Origin: an uncultured Actinomycetes bacterium
GTDB lineage: Bacteria > SZUA-79 > Acidulodesulfobacterales > Acidulodesulfobacteraceae
DNA: 64,000 nucleotides
NCBI GenBank assembly: GCA_964631685.1
Contig: CAZVZU010000006.1
Span: 1-64,000, forward strand
Direction of reading: 5' to 3'
The notes under the pieces were generated by a model. The model did not search any database. It had not been told where the DNA came from and saw nothing but the letters and a program-made list of their open reading frames with translations. Below, piece by piece: positions 40,023-50,769 of this stretch. Every line of letters starts with the position of its first letter. Position 1 is the stretch's first letter. The position numbers and the translations under genes were made by a program.

Positions 40023-40796
40023 TTAATTTTTCTTATTTTTAAGTAGTAAATCGTAAAGATAGACCTCCAACGGTGTACTATATTCCGTTGTTGCATCACT
40101 TTTTGTTTCTGCATAATCCTCCGCCGCCATTTCAATCGATGTTATATCTTCATTTTTAATCAGCCTACCGTTCACCAAAACTGCAATTTTATCGCATAGC
40201 TCCTTGCTGTCTGCCAGCACATGGGATGAAAAAAATATGGTTTTTTTCCTTTCCCTTAATTTAAATATCACATCTTTAAATTCCTTTCTTCCGATAGGAT
40301 CAAGCCCCGATAACGGTTCGTCAAAAATTAAAACTTCAGGATCTCCAAGAATAGAAATAGCAAGGGCTAACCTCTGAGTCATCCCCTTTGAGTATTTATG
40401 TACATATCCATTTCTTGCGTAAAAAATACCTGCTAATTCAAGCGCTTCACTTATGGAACTTTTATTAATTTTTTGATTCAATAACTTAGAATAATAATTA
40501 ATAATTTCTATAGCCTTTAGCCCTCTCGGAAAACTTGGATTTTCAGGCAAATAACCCAACCCAAGGCGTGACCTATAATCCGTAGAATCATAACCGTTTA
40601 TCTTAATTCTACCGCTTGATGGATGAATTAGCCCGACAATCATCTTAATAGTTGTAGATTTCCCTGCTCCGTTAGGACCGAAAAACCCTGTAATCTTACC
40701 TTTCTCCACGGTAAAAGAAAGGTCTTCTACGACATTTTTTTTAATGCCGAGAAAACCGATTCTAAAATATTTTGTTATATTTTTTAATTCAATCAT
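40023..40796 (-). CDS. ABC transporter ATPase (PilH/Xap-like)
   Basis: GPNGAGKST, YSKGMTQR, DEPLSGLDPIGR, FSSH. Confidence 0.92.
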   Translation of the reverse strand: MIELKNITKYFRIGFLGIKKNVVEDLSFTVEKGKITGFFGPNGAGKSTTIKMIVGLIHPSSGRIKINGYDSTDYRSRLGLGYLPENPSFPRGLKAIEIINYYSKLLNQKINKSSISEALELAGIFYARNGYVHKYSKGMTQRLALAISILGDPEVLIFDEPLSGLDPIGRKEFKDVIFKLRERKKTIFFSSHVLADSKELCDKIAVLVNGRLIKNEDITSIEMAAEDYAETKSDATTEYSTPLEVYLYDLLLKNKKN

Positions 40797-41548
40797 AAAT
40801 TTTTTTGTGGTAAAAATAATTTTAACGAGTGCGGTATTTTATATTCTTTATGTTCTTTTTGTAATAATATCTCTTTTCTGATCGCTTTTATTCGGCGCTT
40901 TATTGTCTGTCTTATATACGGATTTTTATTATTCTTATACATCTCAATAAGAAAATCAGATGCCTTTTTAAGACTTCCCGACTTATTAAGAAGTTTCATG
41001 TATAAAAATTCCAGATATTTTGGACTATTTTTCATTTTAATTGCATATTCAAGATAATATGCAGCCTTTTTAAAGTTATTAAGGCTGTAAAAATAATTAA
41101 ATGCTATCAAGAACGGTATATTCCAGTTTCCCTTAAGATGGCTCATTCCCATTTTTAATAATTTAATAGCCTTTTTTGGCTTTCCGGACATACCTAGAAG
41201 CGTTCCGCCGGCCTGATATGCATAGTTAAAATTAGGATTTAGAGAAACGATGATAAACGATATTTTATACATGTATGGATAACGCATTCTTGCAAGCCTA
41301 AAAGATGAAGTCTCCTGAACAAAGAGTATCCAATAGTAATCGGAAACAAGCGTATTAAAATTTAAATCTATAAATTTTAAAAATTCCGGCTTTATGGATG
41401 AGTATTTCAAAAAAGATACCAGCCTTAATTTCATATTATGATCAGATGAAGCTATGCGTTCGAAAGAAAACACAACAGCGTAAATCATAAGCGCAATAAA
41501 AACAGACACTACAAAGCCTTTTAATAACCTACGAACCTGCATTCTCAT
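40793..41548 (-). CDS. Membrane-anchored TPR-like protein (PilG/XapA-like)
   Basis: N-terminal TM, LVSDYYWI, LNPNFNYAYQAGG, WNIPFLIAFNYF; overlaps the ATPase start. Confidence 0.6.
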   Translation of the reverse strand: MRMQVRRLLKGFVVSVFIALMIYAVVFSFERIASSDHNMKLRLVSFLKYSSIKPEFLKFIDLNFNTLVSDYYWILFVQETSSFRLARMRYPYMYKISFIIVSLNPNFNYAYQAGGTLLGMSGKPKKAIKLLKMGMSHLKGNWNIPFLIAFNYFYSLNNFKKAAYYLEYAIKMKNSPKYLEFLYMKLLNKSGSLKKASDFLIEMYKNNKNPYIRQTIKRRIKAIRKEILLQKEHKEYKIPHSLKLFLPQKNL

Positions 41549-41603
41549 ATGTCTTTCATTTTATCGTAAACATTCAATAAGAGCAAGAAGGTTTATGCTC
41601 CAC

Positions 41604-42788
41604 TTAATTTACTAATAAATTTAGATAAAGCAATGTTGTTTTGGACGCGATTTCTTTAGCATTGAACCTTTCGACAACCCCTTTATAGCAGTTTATTCCT
41701 AATTTTTCAATTAGCTCTCGGTTGTCTATCAACGAAATAATCTTATCCGCAAGTTCACTATAATCCCCGGGCTTAAATAAAAGCCCTGTCTCATTATTTT
41801 TTATTAACTCGGGTATTCCCCCTACGTTAGAAGCAATTACCGCTTTCTTTAGTGCACATGCTTCTATGATAATGCTACCCATACCTTCAATGCCCGACGG
41901 AACAATTATTAAATCGCTTGCAACAATAAATCTTTTTATATTTTTTTTGAAACCGCCTATTACAAAACACTCTTTGAGCCCCATATTTTTAATAAAATTT
42001 ATTATGTGATCTCGCAGTACGCCTTCCCCTATAATGACAAATTTTATGTCATTTCGTTTTTTCATTATTAACCCTGCCGCTTTTATAAATGTCTCATGTC
42101 CCTTTTCTTTAGATAATCTTCCTATGAGAGAGATGATTTTTTCGTCAGACTTTATACTAAGTTCATTCTTAATATTTTGTTTTTGCGATTGATAAAAGGA
42201 TATCTCTTTATCAATATTATTGCTATCGGCAAAAATCCTCGGGCTGTAAATCGTGTCTATCTTTTCAGGGTTAATCTTAACATCCTTGGTCATAACATTT
42301 TTAATAAAATCAGATATAGCGATAAACCTATCCGTTAAAAATCGGTGAATCAGAAATCCTTTTAAAAAGCTGATTCTATAAGCAACATGCCTCGTTAAAA
42401 CCTTGGCTATTTTCTTTTTAAAAACTAAAAACGAGGCCACTCCAGCTAAAAAATGGTCTCTTGAAGAATGGAAATTTATTAAATCTATATCATTGTTTTT
42501 TAAAAAATTTCTTATTTTAAATACAGCCCTGATATCAAGAAAATTTTTCATACTTATTGATATGTTGTTAATGCCTAATTTGTCCAATTCGGCCTTCAAC
42601 CTCTTATTATCATTATGTATGACATAAAAATTGAATTTTTCACCATGATAAACCTTTATAAATTTGAGTAGTATGATGATGTCGGTCTGAGCGCCGCCAA
42701 AGTCCCTGAAACTATCTATGTGGAGTATATTAAATTTGCCTTTTTTGTCCATGATGATTATGGTAGGATGGTGCGATAAACTTTTCAT
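41604..42788 (-). CDS. GT4-family glycosyltransferase
   Basis: FGGAQ, GRLSKEKGH, EGMGSIIIEA, SNVGGIPE. Confidence 0.9.
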   Translation of the reverse strand: MKSLSHHPTIIIMDKKGKFNILHIDSFRDFGGAQTDIIILLKFIKVYHGEKFNFYVIHNDNKRLKAELDKLGINNISISMKNFLDIRAVFKIRNFLKNNDIDLINFHSSRDHFLAGVASFLVFKKKIAKVLTRHVAYRISFLKGFLIHRFLTDRFIAISDFIKNVMTKDVKINPEKIDTIYSPRIFADSNNIDKEISFYQSQKQNIKNELSIKSDEKIISLIGRLSKEKGHETFIKAAGLIMKKRNDIKFVIIGEGVLRDHIINFIKNMGLKECFVIGGFKKNIKRFIVASDLIIVPSGIEGMGSIIIEACALKKAVIASNVGGIPELIKNNETGLLFKPGDYSELADKIISLIDNRELIEKLGINCYKGVVERFNAKEIASKTTLLYLNLLVN

Positions 42789-42842
42789 TTATTTTAATAA
42801 AAAAATGTGCTTTAACCTAAAGATTAACCCCCTATAATTAGA

Positions 42843-43943
42843 TTAAACATTAAATCTAAAGTGCATTATATCTCCGTCTTTTACAATATAGTCCTTACCT
42901 TCAAGCCTTAAAAGTCCCATTTTTGCCGCATTAGATTCAGAACCCGCCTTTATAAAATCATCGTAAGATATCACCTCTGCTCTTATAAAACCCTTTTCAA
43001 AATCAGTATGTATTGTTCCTGCCGCTTGAGGAGCCTTACAGCCATTTCTTATCTCCCATGCCCTGACCTCTTGTTTCCCTTGGGTAAAAAATGAAATTAG
43101 TCCTAGAAGCCTAAAGCTAATGGACGCAACAATATCTAATGCGGAGGATTCAATGCCGTAATCTTTCAGGAAAACATCTTTATCTTCTGGACTCAATCCC
43201 GATAATTCTTCTTCAAGTTTTGCACATAGTCTTACTGCCGGTATATTTTTAGACCCTGCAATTTTCAATATTTCATCTATCTCATTATTAGAGACCTCTT
43301 CCGATAGCATTTGTTCATCAACATTAAGAACATATATAACCGGTTTTACCGATATAATACCCAATGATTTCAAGATACTTTTTTCATTTTCGGCAAATTC
43401 TTTATTCGATACATTGCCATTTTCGGACAATTGTTCATAAATATCCTTTAAAAATTCAAGGCTGGAAATCGCAGTCTTGTCCCCGCTTTTAGCCATTTTT
43501 TCTAACTTTTGCATATGCTTAGAAAGAATTTCCATATCGCCCAAGGCAAGCTCGGTATTAATGATATCTATATCCCTCATCGGATTTATATTGCCTTCTA
43601 CGTGCACAACCGAGTTTGCTTTAAAAATCCTTATTACTTGTATGATCAAATCTACATTTCTAATATGAGAAAGAAATTTGTTTCCAAGACCTTCACCTGA
43701 AGATGCTCCTTTTACCAATCCTGCAATGTCCATAAACTCTACATAAGTAGGAGTAAACTTCTCCGGATCGACCATTTCCCTTAGCTTATCAAGCCTCTTA
43801 TCGTTAATCGGCTTTATGCCAACATTAGGATCTATCGTGCAAAAAGGATAGTTACCGGCTTCAGCACTCCCGGAGGTAATAGCATTGAATATAGTCGATT
43901 TTCCAACATTAGGAAGTCCAACTATCCCGCATTTAAGCCCCAT
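42843..43943 (-). CDS. ychF: Redox-regulated ATPase YchF
   Basis: GIVGLPNVGKST, NYPFCTIDPN, DIAGLVKGASSGEGLGN, HFRFNV. Confidence 0.98.
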   Translation of the reverse strand: MGLKCGIVGLPNVGKSTIFNAITSGSAEAGNYPFCTIDPNVGIKPINDKRLDKLREMVDPEKFTPTYVEFMDIAGLVKGASSGEGLGNKFLSHIRNVDLIIQVIRIFKANSVVHVEGNINPMRDIDIINTELALGDMEILSKHMQKLEKMAKSGDKTAISSLEFLKDIYEQLSENGNVSNKEFAENEKSILKSLGIISVKPVIYVLNVDEQMLSEEVSNNEIDEILKIAGSKNIPAVRLCAKLEEELSGLSPEDKDVFLKDYGIESSALDIVASISFRLLGLISFFTQGKQEVRAWEIRNGCKAPQAAGTIHTDFEKGFIRAEVISYDDFIKAGSESNAAKMGLLRLEGKDYIVKDGDIMHFRFNV

Positions 43944-44006
43944 ATTTCATTGTCCTCATAATAATCCCTTTCCTTATTATCTCAAAAAGAGGATTGGATA
44001 AAATTT

Positions 44007-44603
44007 TTACTTGTGATTAAAGGTATTCATAGCGCTAACATATCCATCATTGATCATTGCGGATAATAAATCGTTTATTGTTTTTAAAAAATTCGGCAAT
44101 TTTTTAGTTTCATCCCTTGAGAAATTTGATAACACATAATCGGCCCCAGTAGAAAATTTAACCCTTGAGGATGAATTAATGCCAAGCTTTAATCGGATAA
44201 ATTCTTTACTGCGAATGGAGTTTATTACGGATATCACGCCCTTATGTGAACCCCCGCTACCGCCGAACTTAACCTTAAAGTGTCCCGAATCAAGATCTAG
44301 GTCATCATGAATCAATATTACGTTCGAAGCATCACCATTTTCCAGTATCTTAATGTCATATTTATTCAGCGCCTCCCTTGCTGCTTTTCCGCTCAAATTC
44401 ATGTAAGTGAGCGGCTTAACTAAATAAACATTCCTACCGGATATACTTTTGCTTGAAATTAAATAATTTTTCTTACGACTGAAATCGGGAAAATTATTGT
44501 CTCTAGAAAAGCTGTCAATGACTATAAAACCAAAATTGTGACGGGAAAAGCGATATTCCGCCCCGGGATTCCCGAGACCAAAAATAAATATATTTGTACT
44601 CAT
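44007..44603 (-). CDS. pth: Peptidyl-tRNA hydrolase
   Basis: GLGNPG, RHNFGF, KPLTYMNLSG, HDDLDL. Confidence 0.96.
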   Translation of the reverse strand: MSTNIFIFGLGNPGAEYRFSRHNFGFIVIDSFSRDNNFPDFSRKKNYLISSKSISGRNVYLVKPLTYMNLSGKAAREALNKYDIKILENGDASNVILIHDDLDLDSGHFKVKFGGSGGSHKGVISVINSIRSKEFIRLKLGINSSSRVKFSTGADYVLSNFSRDETKKLPNFLKTINDLLSAMINDGYVSAMNTFNHK

Positions 44604-44655
44604 TTCTTTCGGATAATTAGACCTATCGGATTACCTTAAATATTTGTCCTGAGCA

Positions 44656-45267
44656 CTATGGCTGAGGCGTCTCGGGCACTTCTTCAGCCTGAGTAGTAAC
44701 GGCGACATCCTCAACAGTAGGTTCCGCTACAACAACAATAGGCGTATCCTTTTCTGTGATAATCTCAATACCTTCGCCTAGTTTTAAATCCTTAGCGTGA
44801 ATGATATCCCCTATTTTAAGGGCCGAAACATCTATATCAATCGTGTCAATAATATCTTTAGGGTAACCTTTAATCAAAATATGTCTTATGAGCGGCTCAA
44901 ATATGCCTCCAAGCTTCACACCTTCCGGCTTACCTATGAAGTGGACTGCCGCCTCAATCTCTACTTTGTCATCCATTGATATTTCATAAAAATCCATATG
45001 AATAATGCTCTCAGTCACAGGGTCCTTTTGAATCTCTTTTATTACTGCTATTTTACCGCTCAACTCTTTTTCCTTACTCTCTACATTAATAAAAGATGAA
45101 ACAGAATGACCCGAGAAAGCCTTAATGAAATTCTTATAGTTCAATGAAATACTTAAAGAGTCTGTGCGCTTCCCGTATATCACAGCAGGTATAAAACCCT
45201 TTACCCTAAGTGATTTTACATTTTCATCGCTATTTCTTGCATCGACGTGCAAACTAATTTTTTCCAA
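44656..45267 (-). CDS. rplY: 50S ribosomal protein L25/Ctc
   Basis: LRVKGFIPAVIYG, QKDPV...HMDF, GVKLGG; TTG start after AGGAG. Confidence 0.95.
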   Translation of the reverse strand: MEKISLHVDARNSDENVKSLRVKGFIPAVIYGKRTDSLSISLNYKNFIKAFSGHSVSSFINVESKEKELSGKIAVIKEIQKDPVTESIIHMDFYEISMDDKVEIEAAVHFIGKPEGVKLGGIFEPLIRHILIKGYPKDIIDTIDIDVSALKIGDIIHAKDLKLGEGIEIITEKDTPIVVVAEPTVEDVAVTTQAEEVPETPQP

Positions 45268-45312
45268 TGAATATCTCCTTTTCTCTTATAATTATTTGCT
45301 TTACCGTATATT

Positions 45313-46260
45313 TTAAATAAAAAGTGAACTAATAGAATCCTCGTCATAAATCCTTTTTACCGCTTCAGCCAAAAGATCGGAAACGGTTAACACCTTAATC
45401 TTGTCCGATAATTGTTGTCTATTTTTTTGGTTTATAGTGTCTGTAATTATCAGCTCTTTTATCGGAGAATTGTCTATTTTACTAACCGCATCACCCGAAA
45501 GCACGCCGTGAGTTACCATTGCAATTATGTCTTTCGCTCCATTTTCCAAAAGAGCTACCGCCCCTTGCGTGATCGTACCCGCCGTATCTATCATGTCGTC
45601 AAGCATAACGGCAACCTTATTTTTAACATCTCCAATAACGTTCATTATCTCAGCAACATTCGCCTTTATTCTTCTTTTATCTATAATAGCAAGGTTTGTC
45701 CCTAAATGTTTTGCAAACGCTCTGGCCCGTTCCACTGCGCCGGCATCCGGTGAAACCACAACCATGTCGGTCGAATTCAAACCTTTTTCCTTCATATATC
45801 TAACCAATATAGGAACAGCATATAAATGATCCACCGGTATATTAAAGAAACCCTGGATTTGTCCTGCATGCAAATCCATGGATAAAACCCTATCCGCTCC
45901 AGCGGCAGTTATAATGTCCGCCACTAACTTGGCTGTAATAGGCACCCTTGAAGCAGTTTTTCTATCTTGCCTCGCATATCCGTAATACGGAATAACAGCG
46001 GTCACTCTTTTAACTGACGCTCTTTTCATTGCATCAATCATTATTAAAAGCTCCATTAGGTTCTTATCAACAGGGTTAGATGTGGATTGAACTAAAAAAA
46101 CATCGTATCCACGAACATTTTCATTTATATTTATAAATGTTTCTCCGTCGCTAAAGCTATAAACCTCCGCATCACCAAGGGGAATACAAAGATATTTCGC
46201 CATCTTAGCCGCCAAATCTAAGTTTGAATTACCAGCGAATAGTTTTAATCTGTCAAGCAT
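45313..46260 (-). CDS. prs: Ribose-phosphate pyrophosphokinase
   Basis: FSDGE, PYYGYARQDRK, DLHAGQIQGFF, DDMIDTAGT; true start ATG 46260 (the longer ORF runs through tRNA-Gln). Confidence 0.97.
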   Translation of the reverse strand: MLDRLKLFAGNSNLDLAAKMAKYLCIPLGDAEVYSFSDGETFININENVRGYDVFLVQSTSNPVDKNLMELLIMIDAMKRASVKRVTAVIPYYGYARQDRKTASRVPITAKLVADIITAAGADRVLSMDLHAGQIQGFFNIPVDHLYAVPILVRYMKEKGLNSTDMVVVSPDAGAVERARAFAKHLGTNLAIIDKRRIKANVAEIMNVIGDVKNKVAVMLDDMIDTAGTITQGAVALLENGAKDIIAMVTHGVLSGDAVSKIDNSPIKELIITDTINQKNRQQLSDKIKVLTVSDLLAEAVKRIYDEDSISSLFI

Positions 46261-46271
46261 ATCTCCCCTTT

Positions 46272-46346
46272 TGGCTGGGGCGGGAGGATTCGAACCTCCG
46301 ATTGCAGGAATCAAAATCCTGTGACTTGCCACTTGTCTACGCCCCA
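46272..46346 (-). tRNA. tRNA-Gln(TTG)
   Basis: TGGGGCG...CGCCCCA-GCCA, anticodon arm CAGGA-TT TTG AT-TCCTG, GTTCGAATC; classic ispE-tRNA-Gln-prs synteny. Confidence 0.97.
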
Positions 46347-46369
46347 ATTTATAACAATTTAAATATAAT

Positions 46370-46639
46370 TTATTGTTGATCCCGATTATTTATAGCAGTT
46401 TCATATTCGTTCAGAACAGCCTTCTCTATCATATTTCTTGTTTCATTATTCAAGGGATGTGCCGTATCCTTGAATGTTCCATCTTTTCTCTTTTTGCTCG
46501 GCATTGCAACAAACAGACCTTCCTTACCATTTATAACTTTAAGGTCCCTGACAACAAAACAATCATCGAAGGTAATTGTCACATAGGCCTTTAATTTTTC
46601 TTCATCAACAGGAAATACGTTAACTTCAGTAACTTGCAT
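46370..46639 (-). CDS. spoVG: SpoVG-family nucleic-acid-binding protein
   Basis: LKAYVTITFDDCFVVRDLKVI, GLFVAMPS, DTAHP. Confidence 0.95.
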   Translation of the reverse strand: MQVTEVNVFPVDEEKLKAYVTITFDDCFVVRDLKVINGKEGLFVAMPSKKRKDGTFKDTAHPLNNETRNMIEKAVLNEYETAINNRDQQ

Positions 46640-46676
46640 GGCAAATCCTCCAAATAAAAATAAATTGTGGAATAAT

Positions 46677-47576
46677 TTATAAAGTTGTCGTCAAAGAACT
46701 TAATTTTAACCTTTTATTAAATGGAAATGATGCTAAATTTTTTAAATAAGTTACCGCTTTTTTTTTGTCCTTAAATGCCCCGAAAACAGTAGAACCACTA
46801 CCTGATAAAAGTGATAGCTCCGCGCCATATTGCATCATATAATCTCTAATATCTCTAAGTACCGGATATTTTTCAAATACTACGGCCTCAAAATCATTTT
46901 CAAATTTTATATTTTTGAAATCTAAGTATTGAATGTTATAATAATTTGCGTTATTTGTCAATAAGAAATCATCAAAGTCACTATAAACCTCTTTTGTTGA
47001 AAGTCCGAAATTCGGAACGATCAAGACAATAAAATATTTAGGCATGGCAGACCTGGGAACCACATGAACATCTTCTCCGAATCCAGTTATAACTGCATCC
47101 CCTTCGGTCAAAAAAAACGGAACATCCGAGCCTATTTTAAAAGCCAAACTTTGTAATTCTAATGGACTAAGCGGATGATTGAAGATTTCATTTAACTTAA
47201 ACAACATACCTGCGGCGTCGCTTGACCCGCCACCCAGTCCGCCCTTAAGGGGTATATTCTTTTCCAATAAAACATTTACGCCCCTGTCAGTAATATTTAA
47301 TCTTTCAAAATAAAGTTTAGCGGCTTCTATAACTATATTTCCTTCATCGGAAAGTAACGCCAGCTCATGCTCGGGGATGATATCTTTGAGTATCTTACCC
47401 GAAGTAGCCAAAATTTTATAATTACCATATGTTAATTTAAAAGAGACTTTATCGAACATTTTAATCTTACGCATCAAAGATTGAACTTGATGAAGATTAT
47501 TTTGTCTCTTTTTACCAATTCTTAGAGAAAAATTAACCTTGGCCGGGGCATGATAATAAAAATTAGCTGCATTCAT
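46677..47576 (-). CDS. ispE: 4-diphosphocytidyl-2-C-methyl-D-erythritol kinase
   Basis: APAKVN, KNIPLKGGLGGGSSDAA, GSDVPFF, SGSGSTVF. Confidence 0.95.
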   Translation of the reverse strand: MNAANFYYHAPAKVNFSLRIGKKRQNNLHQVQSLMRKIKMFDKVSFKLTYGNYKILATSGKILKDIIPEHELALLSDEGNIVIEAAKLYFERLNITDRGVNVLLEKNIPLKGGLGGGSSDAAGMLFKLNEIFNHPLSPLELQSLAFKIGSDVPFFLTEGDAVITGFGEDVHVVPRSAMPKYFIVLIVPNFGLSTKEVYSDFDDFLLTNNANYYNIQYLDFKNIKFENDFEAVVFEKYPVLRDIRDYMMQYGAELSLLSGSGSTVFGAFKDKKKAVTYLKNLASFPFNKRLKLSSLTTTL

Positions 47577-47602
47577 TGAATTAAACCGATGAAAGTCAAA
47601 AC

Positions 47603-49150
47603 TTACACATTTAATAATGAACTTATTGCATTATTAGCAAAATTTATAAATATTTGCGGATAAATTCCCATTATTAGTGTAAATAACAAACAAATTAAGA
47701 TTATAATAATCAGTCCTGGGCTTACTTTACCATTAGAAATACCAAATGCAATATTTGATTCAGGTTTATTAGGCATCAGCGCGGTTAATCTTTCTTTATC
47801 CGGCATATACATCTGCACTATTATTTTCATGTAGTAAAATGCAGCAAAAGCACTGTTTGCCAAAGCTATCAATATAAGTAAATTGTATCTTGATTTAATT
47901 GCCGCCGAAAATACATAAAACTTCCCCATAAAACCCGATGTTATTGGAATTCCTGCTAACGATAAGAGGAAAAAAACCATAGCAGCAGCAATAAACGGAT
48001 ATTTATATCCTATCCCCGCATACTTCTTGATATCTAATGATATTAAATTAAAATTTTCAAATATAACTACAACAGCAAATGCACCTGCCGTCATAAAGAT
48101 GTATGCCATTAGATAAAAAAGCGTCCCGGAATATCCATAATATCCGCCGGCTATAATTCCCAAAAGCATGTAACCGGCTTGAGCTATAGATGAATACGCA
48201 AGTAACCTCTTAACATTAGACGACATGATGGCTGCAAGATTTCCGAATGTCATAGATAATATGGCGAGTAGCCATAATATATCATTGAAGTTCATTATAT
48301 TAAAATTATAAATAAGAAAATACATTCTTATAAAAATTGCAAAAGCCGCTATTTTAACGCCTGTTGCCATAAAATTACTGATAGGCGTCGGCGCGCCGTC
48401 ATAGGCATCTGGCGTCCATGAATGAAACGGAAAAAGCGACATTTTAAATGCTAATCCAACTAAAAATAATATTAATCCTATTGCGAGATAAGTCTTAATG
48501 CCATTTGAATTTAGCAAGCCTTTATTGGCTACATCAGTTATGAAATAGTGAATATTATATAGGTTAAGATGTCCCGTAGCTGCGTAAATAAATACCGATC
48601 CGAAAATTAAAAATGCGGACGCAAAAGCGCCTAATATAAAATACTTCAATGCAGCCTCGGTACTCCTAGTATTTCCCTTTAAATAACCCGTAAGAATATA
48701 TGCCGTGATCGACATAAATTCTATAGACAAAAATACCATTATGAGGTTATTGGACGACACTAAAAACATCATTGAAGATATTGCAAATAAGATAAGGCTA
48801 TAGTATTCGGGGAGTGGTACCTTGAAATTATCTATGTAGTCATTTGACATTAGTACCGTTATCAGACCTGAAAAAAGTATCCCGACAAATAAAAAAACAC
48901 TGAACTCGTTAAAGACTATGGCTCCGTAAAAACCTTCCATAGCTTTTCCGGATAGCATTAGTACATATAACATAGAAAAGCCTATACCTATAAGAGAAAG
49001 ATAATACGGATTCTTACTTTTAGAAAGTCTATCCGAAAAAGTCAAGAAAAGAACTATAAACGCAAAGATTATAATAACCGCCTCCGGCATAACGGTCAAC
49101 ATGCCCTTCTCTAAAAAATTCATATTATAAACCGGTGATATATTAAGCAT
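47603..49150 (-). CDS. nuoN: NADH-quinone oxidoreductase subunit N
   Basis: EAALKYFILG, PFHSWTPDAYDGAP, KRLLAYSSIAQAG. Confidence 0.96.
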   Translation of the reverse strand: MLNISPVYNMNFLEKGMLTVMPEAVIIIFAFIVLFLTFSDRLSKSKNPYYLSLIGIGFSMLYVLMLSGKAMEGFYGAIVFNEFSVFLFVGILFSGLITVLMSNDYIDNFKVPLPEYYSLILFAISSMMFLVSSNNLIMVFLSIEFMSITAYILTGYLKGNTRSTEAALKYFILGAFASAFLIFGSVFIYAATGHLNLYNIHYFITDVANKGLLNSNGIKTYLAIGLILFLVGLAFKMSLFPFHSWTPDAYDGAPTPISNFMATGVKIAAFAIFIRMYFLIYNFNIMNFNDILWLLAILSMTFGNLAAIMSSNVKRLLAYSSIAQAGYMLLGIIAGGYYGYSGTLFYLMAYIFMTAGAFAVVVIFENFNLISLDIKKYAGIGYKYPFIAAAMVFFLLSLAGIPITSGFMGKFYVFSAAIKSRYNLLILIALANSAFAAFYYMKIIVQMYMPDKERLTALMPNKPESNIAFGISNGKVSPGLIIIILICLLFTLIMGIYPQIFINFANNAISSLLNV

Positions 49151-50690
49151 TTGACAGCCCCGTTTTAATTTTTATCAAACTATGTACATATCCATGATGG
49201 CTTACCATGCCAATAAAATGTAATACCGTAGGATCGATTCTGTCTAAAAACGGCATTGGATAAAATCCGATAAAAAACATCAGCAATATCAAGGGTAAAA
49301 CCGTAATGATTTCTCTTATATTCATATCTTCAAAATTCTCTACAGCAGGATTTGTAACCCCCTGAAACATAACACGTTGAAACATCCATAATAGGTATAC
49401 AGCCGCAAAAATTATCCCACTCGTGGCAATAATTGTTAAAACCATATAGTGTTTAAAAGACCCTATTAAAATTAAAAACTCTCCCACGAAACCATTCAAA
49501 CCCGGAAGCCCCACGGATGCCAAGATTGATATCATAAAAAGCGTAGTGAATATCGGTGCTTTTTTTGCAATACCTCCAAAATCTGCAATTCTCCTAGTAT
49601 GCATCCTCTCGTAAAGCATTCCTACAAAAAGAAACAATGCCCCCGTCGTAATTCCGTGATTTAAAAGCTGAAGCATAGATCCATCAACACTAATTGCTGA
49701 CATGGCAAACAACCCAAGTACTATAAAACCCATATGCGAAACACTTGAAAATGCGACTAATCTCTTCAAATCCTTTTGGACTATTGAAACCAACGCTCCA
49801 TAGAGAACCCCTATAACACCGATGACAATAACTATCGGGGCAAGCGCCAAGGTTGCCTCCGGCACAAGTGGCATTACAAACCTAAAGAATCCGTAAATTC
49901 CGAATTTTAAAAGGACACCGGCTAGTATGACACTGCCCGCTGTGGGAGCCTCTGTGTGTGCATCTGGAAGCCATGTATGAAAGGGGAAAACCGGTATTTT
50001 AATAGCAAAACCTAAAAATAAAGCAATAAAGAGCCATATTTGAGTGTTAAACGAAATATGAGTGTTGTATAGACTGATAATATTAAACGTAAAGTTGCCC
50101 GTCTGATCGTAATGAAGTATAAATATATAAATCAGTCCAAACAACATTACAAGAGACCCCGCCAGTGTATATAAAATAAACTTTACTGCCGAGTAGACCC
50201 TTCTGCCTGTACCCCACATCCCTATAATAAAATACATAGGTATCAGCATGAATTCCCAAAATAAATAAAATAAAAGAACATCCAATGATGCAAATGTTCC
50301 TATCATGAATGTTTCAAGTATTAACATTAAAATAAAAAATTCTTTTATGTGTTCTTTTATGTACTTAAAACTTGAAATTAGCGATACAAATGTCAAGAGG
50401 GTCGTTAATAATATAAGAAATAAACTTACGCCGTCTATTCCAAGAAAATACGATGCTCCAAATGTACTTATCCAATGAAATTTTTCGACAAATTGGAACT
50501 TATATGTGTCTGGTTTAAAATAAACAAACAGATAAATAGAAAAAACAAACTCTATAAGCGATAGGATTGTTGCAAGATATTTTATTAACACTTCATTTTT
50601 TTTATTAATAAAAATTAATAAAATTGCAGAAGCCAATGGGAAAAAAATTAGTATAGACAAAAGATACTTTATAAAGAAATCCATATTCAT
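49143..50690 (-). CDS. nuoM: NADH-quinone oxidoreductase subunit M
   Basis: FWEFMLIPMY, PFHTWLPDAHTEAPT, GLPGLNGFVGEF. Confidence 0.96.
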   Translation of the reverse strand: MNMDFFIKYLLSILIFFPLASAILLIFINKKNEVLIKYLATILSLIEFVFSIYLFVYFKPDTYKFQFVEKFHWISTFGASYFLGIDGVSLFLILLTTLLTFVSLISSFKYIKEHIKEFFILMLILETFMIGTFASLDVLLFYLFWEFMLIPMYFIIGMWGTGRRVYSAVKFILYTLAGSLVMLFGLIYIFILHYDQTGNFTFNIISLYNTHISFNTQIWLFIALFLGFAIKIPVFPFHTWLPDAHTEAPTAGSVILAGVLLKFGIYGFFRFVMPLVPEATLALAPIVIVIGVIGVLYGALVSIVQKDLKRLVAFSSVSHMGFIVLGLFAMSAISVDGSMLQLLNHGITTGALFLFVGMLYERMHTRRIADFGGIAKKAPIFTTLFMISILASVGLPGLNGFVGEFLILIGSFKHYMVLTIIATSGIIFAAVYLLWMFQRVMFQGVTNPAVENFEDMNIREIITVLPLILLMFFIGFYPMPFLDRIDPTVLHFIGMVSHHGYVHSLIKIKTGLSNA

Positions 50691-50769
50691 TAACCTTCGT
50701 TAAACCGCCGTTAAATTTATACGCTCCTAATTAATATGTGCGAACCCCGTTTTAAACACGGGAATGTAA

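Noticed and set aside
46261..46347. N-terminal extension of prs
   Set aside because: It runs through tRNA-Gln; SD and ATG are at 46260.
46370..46639. spoVG as evidence of sporulation or unusual transfer
   Set aside because: SpoVG near ispE/prs is known in non-sporulating deltaproteobacteria-like lineages.
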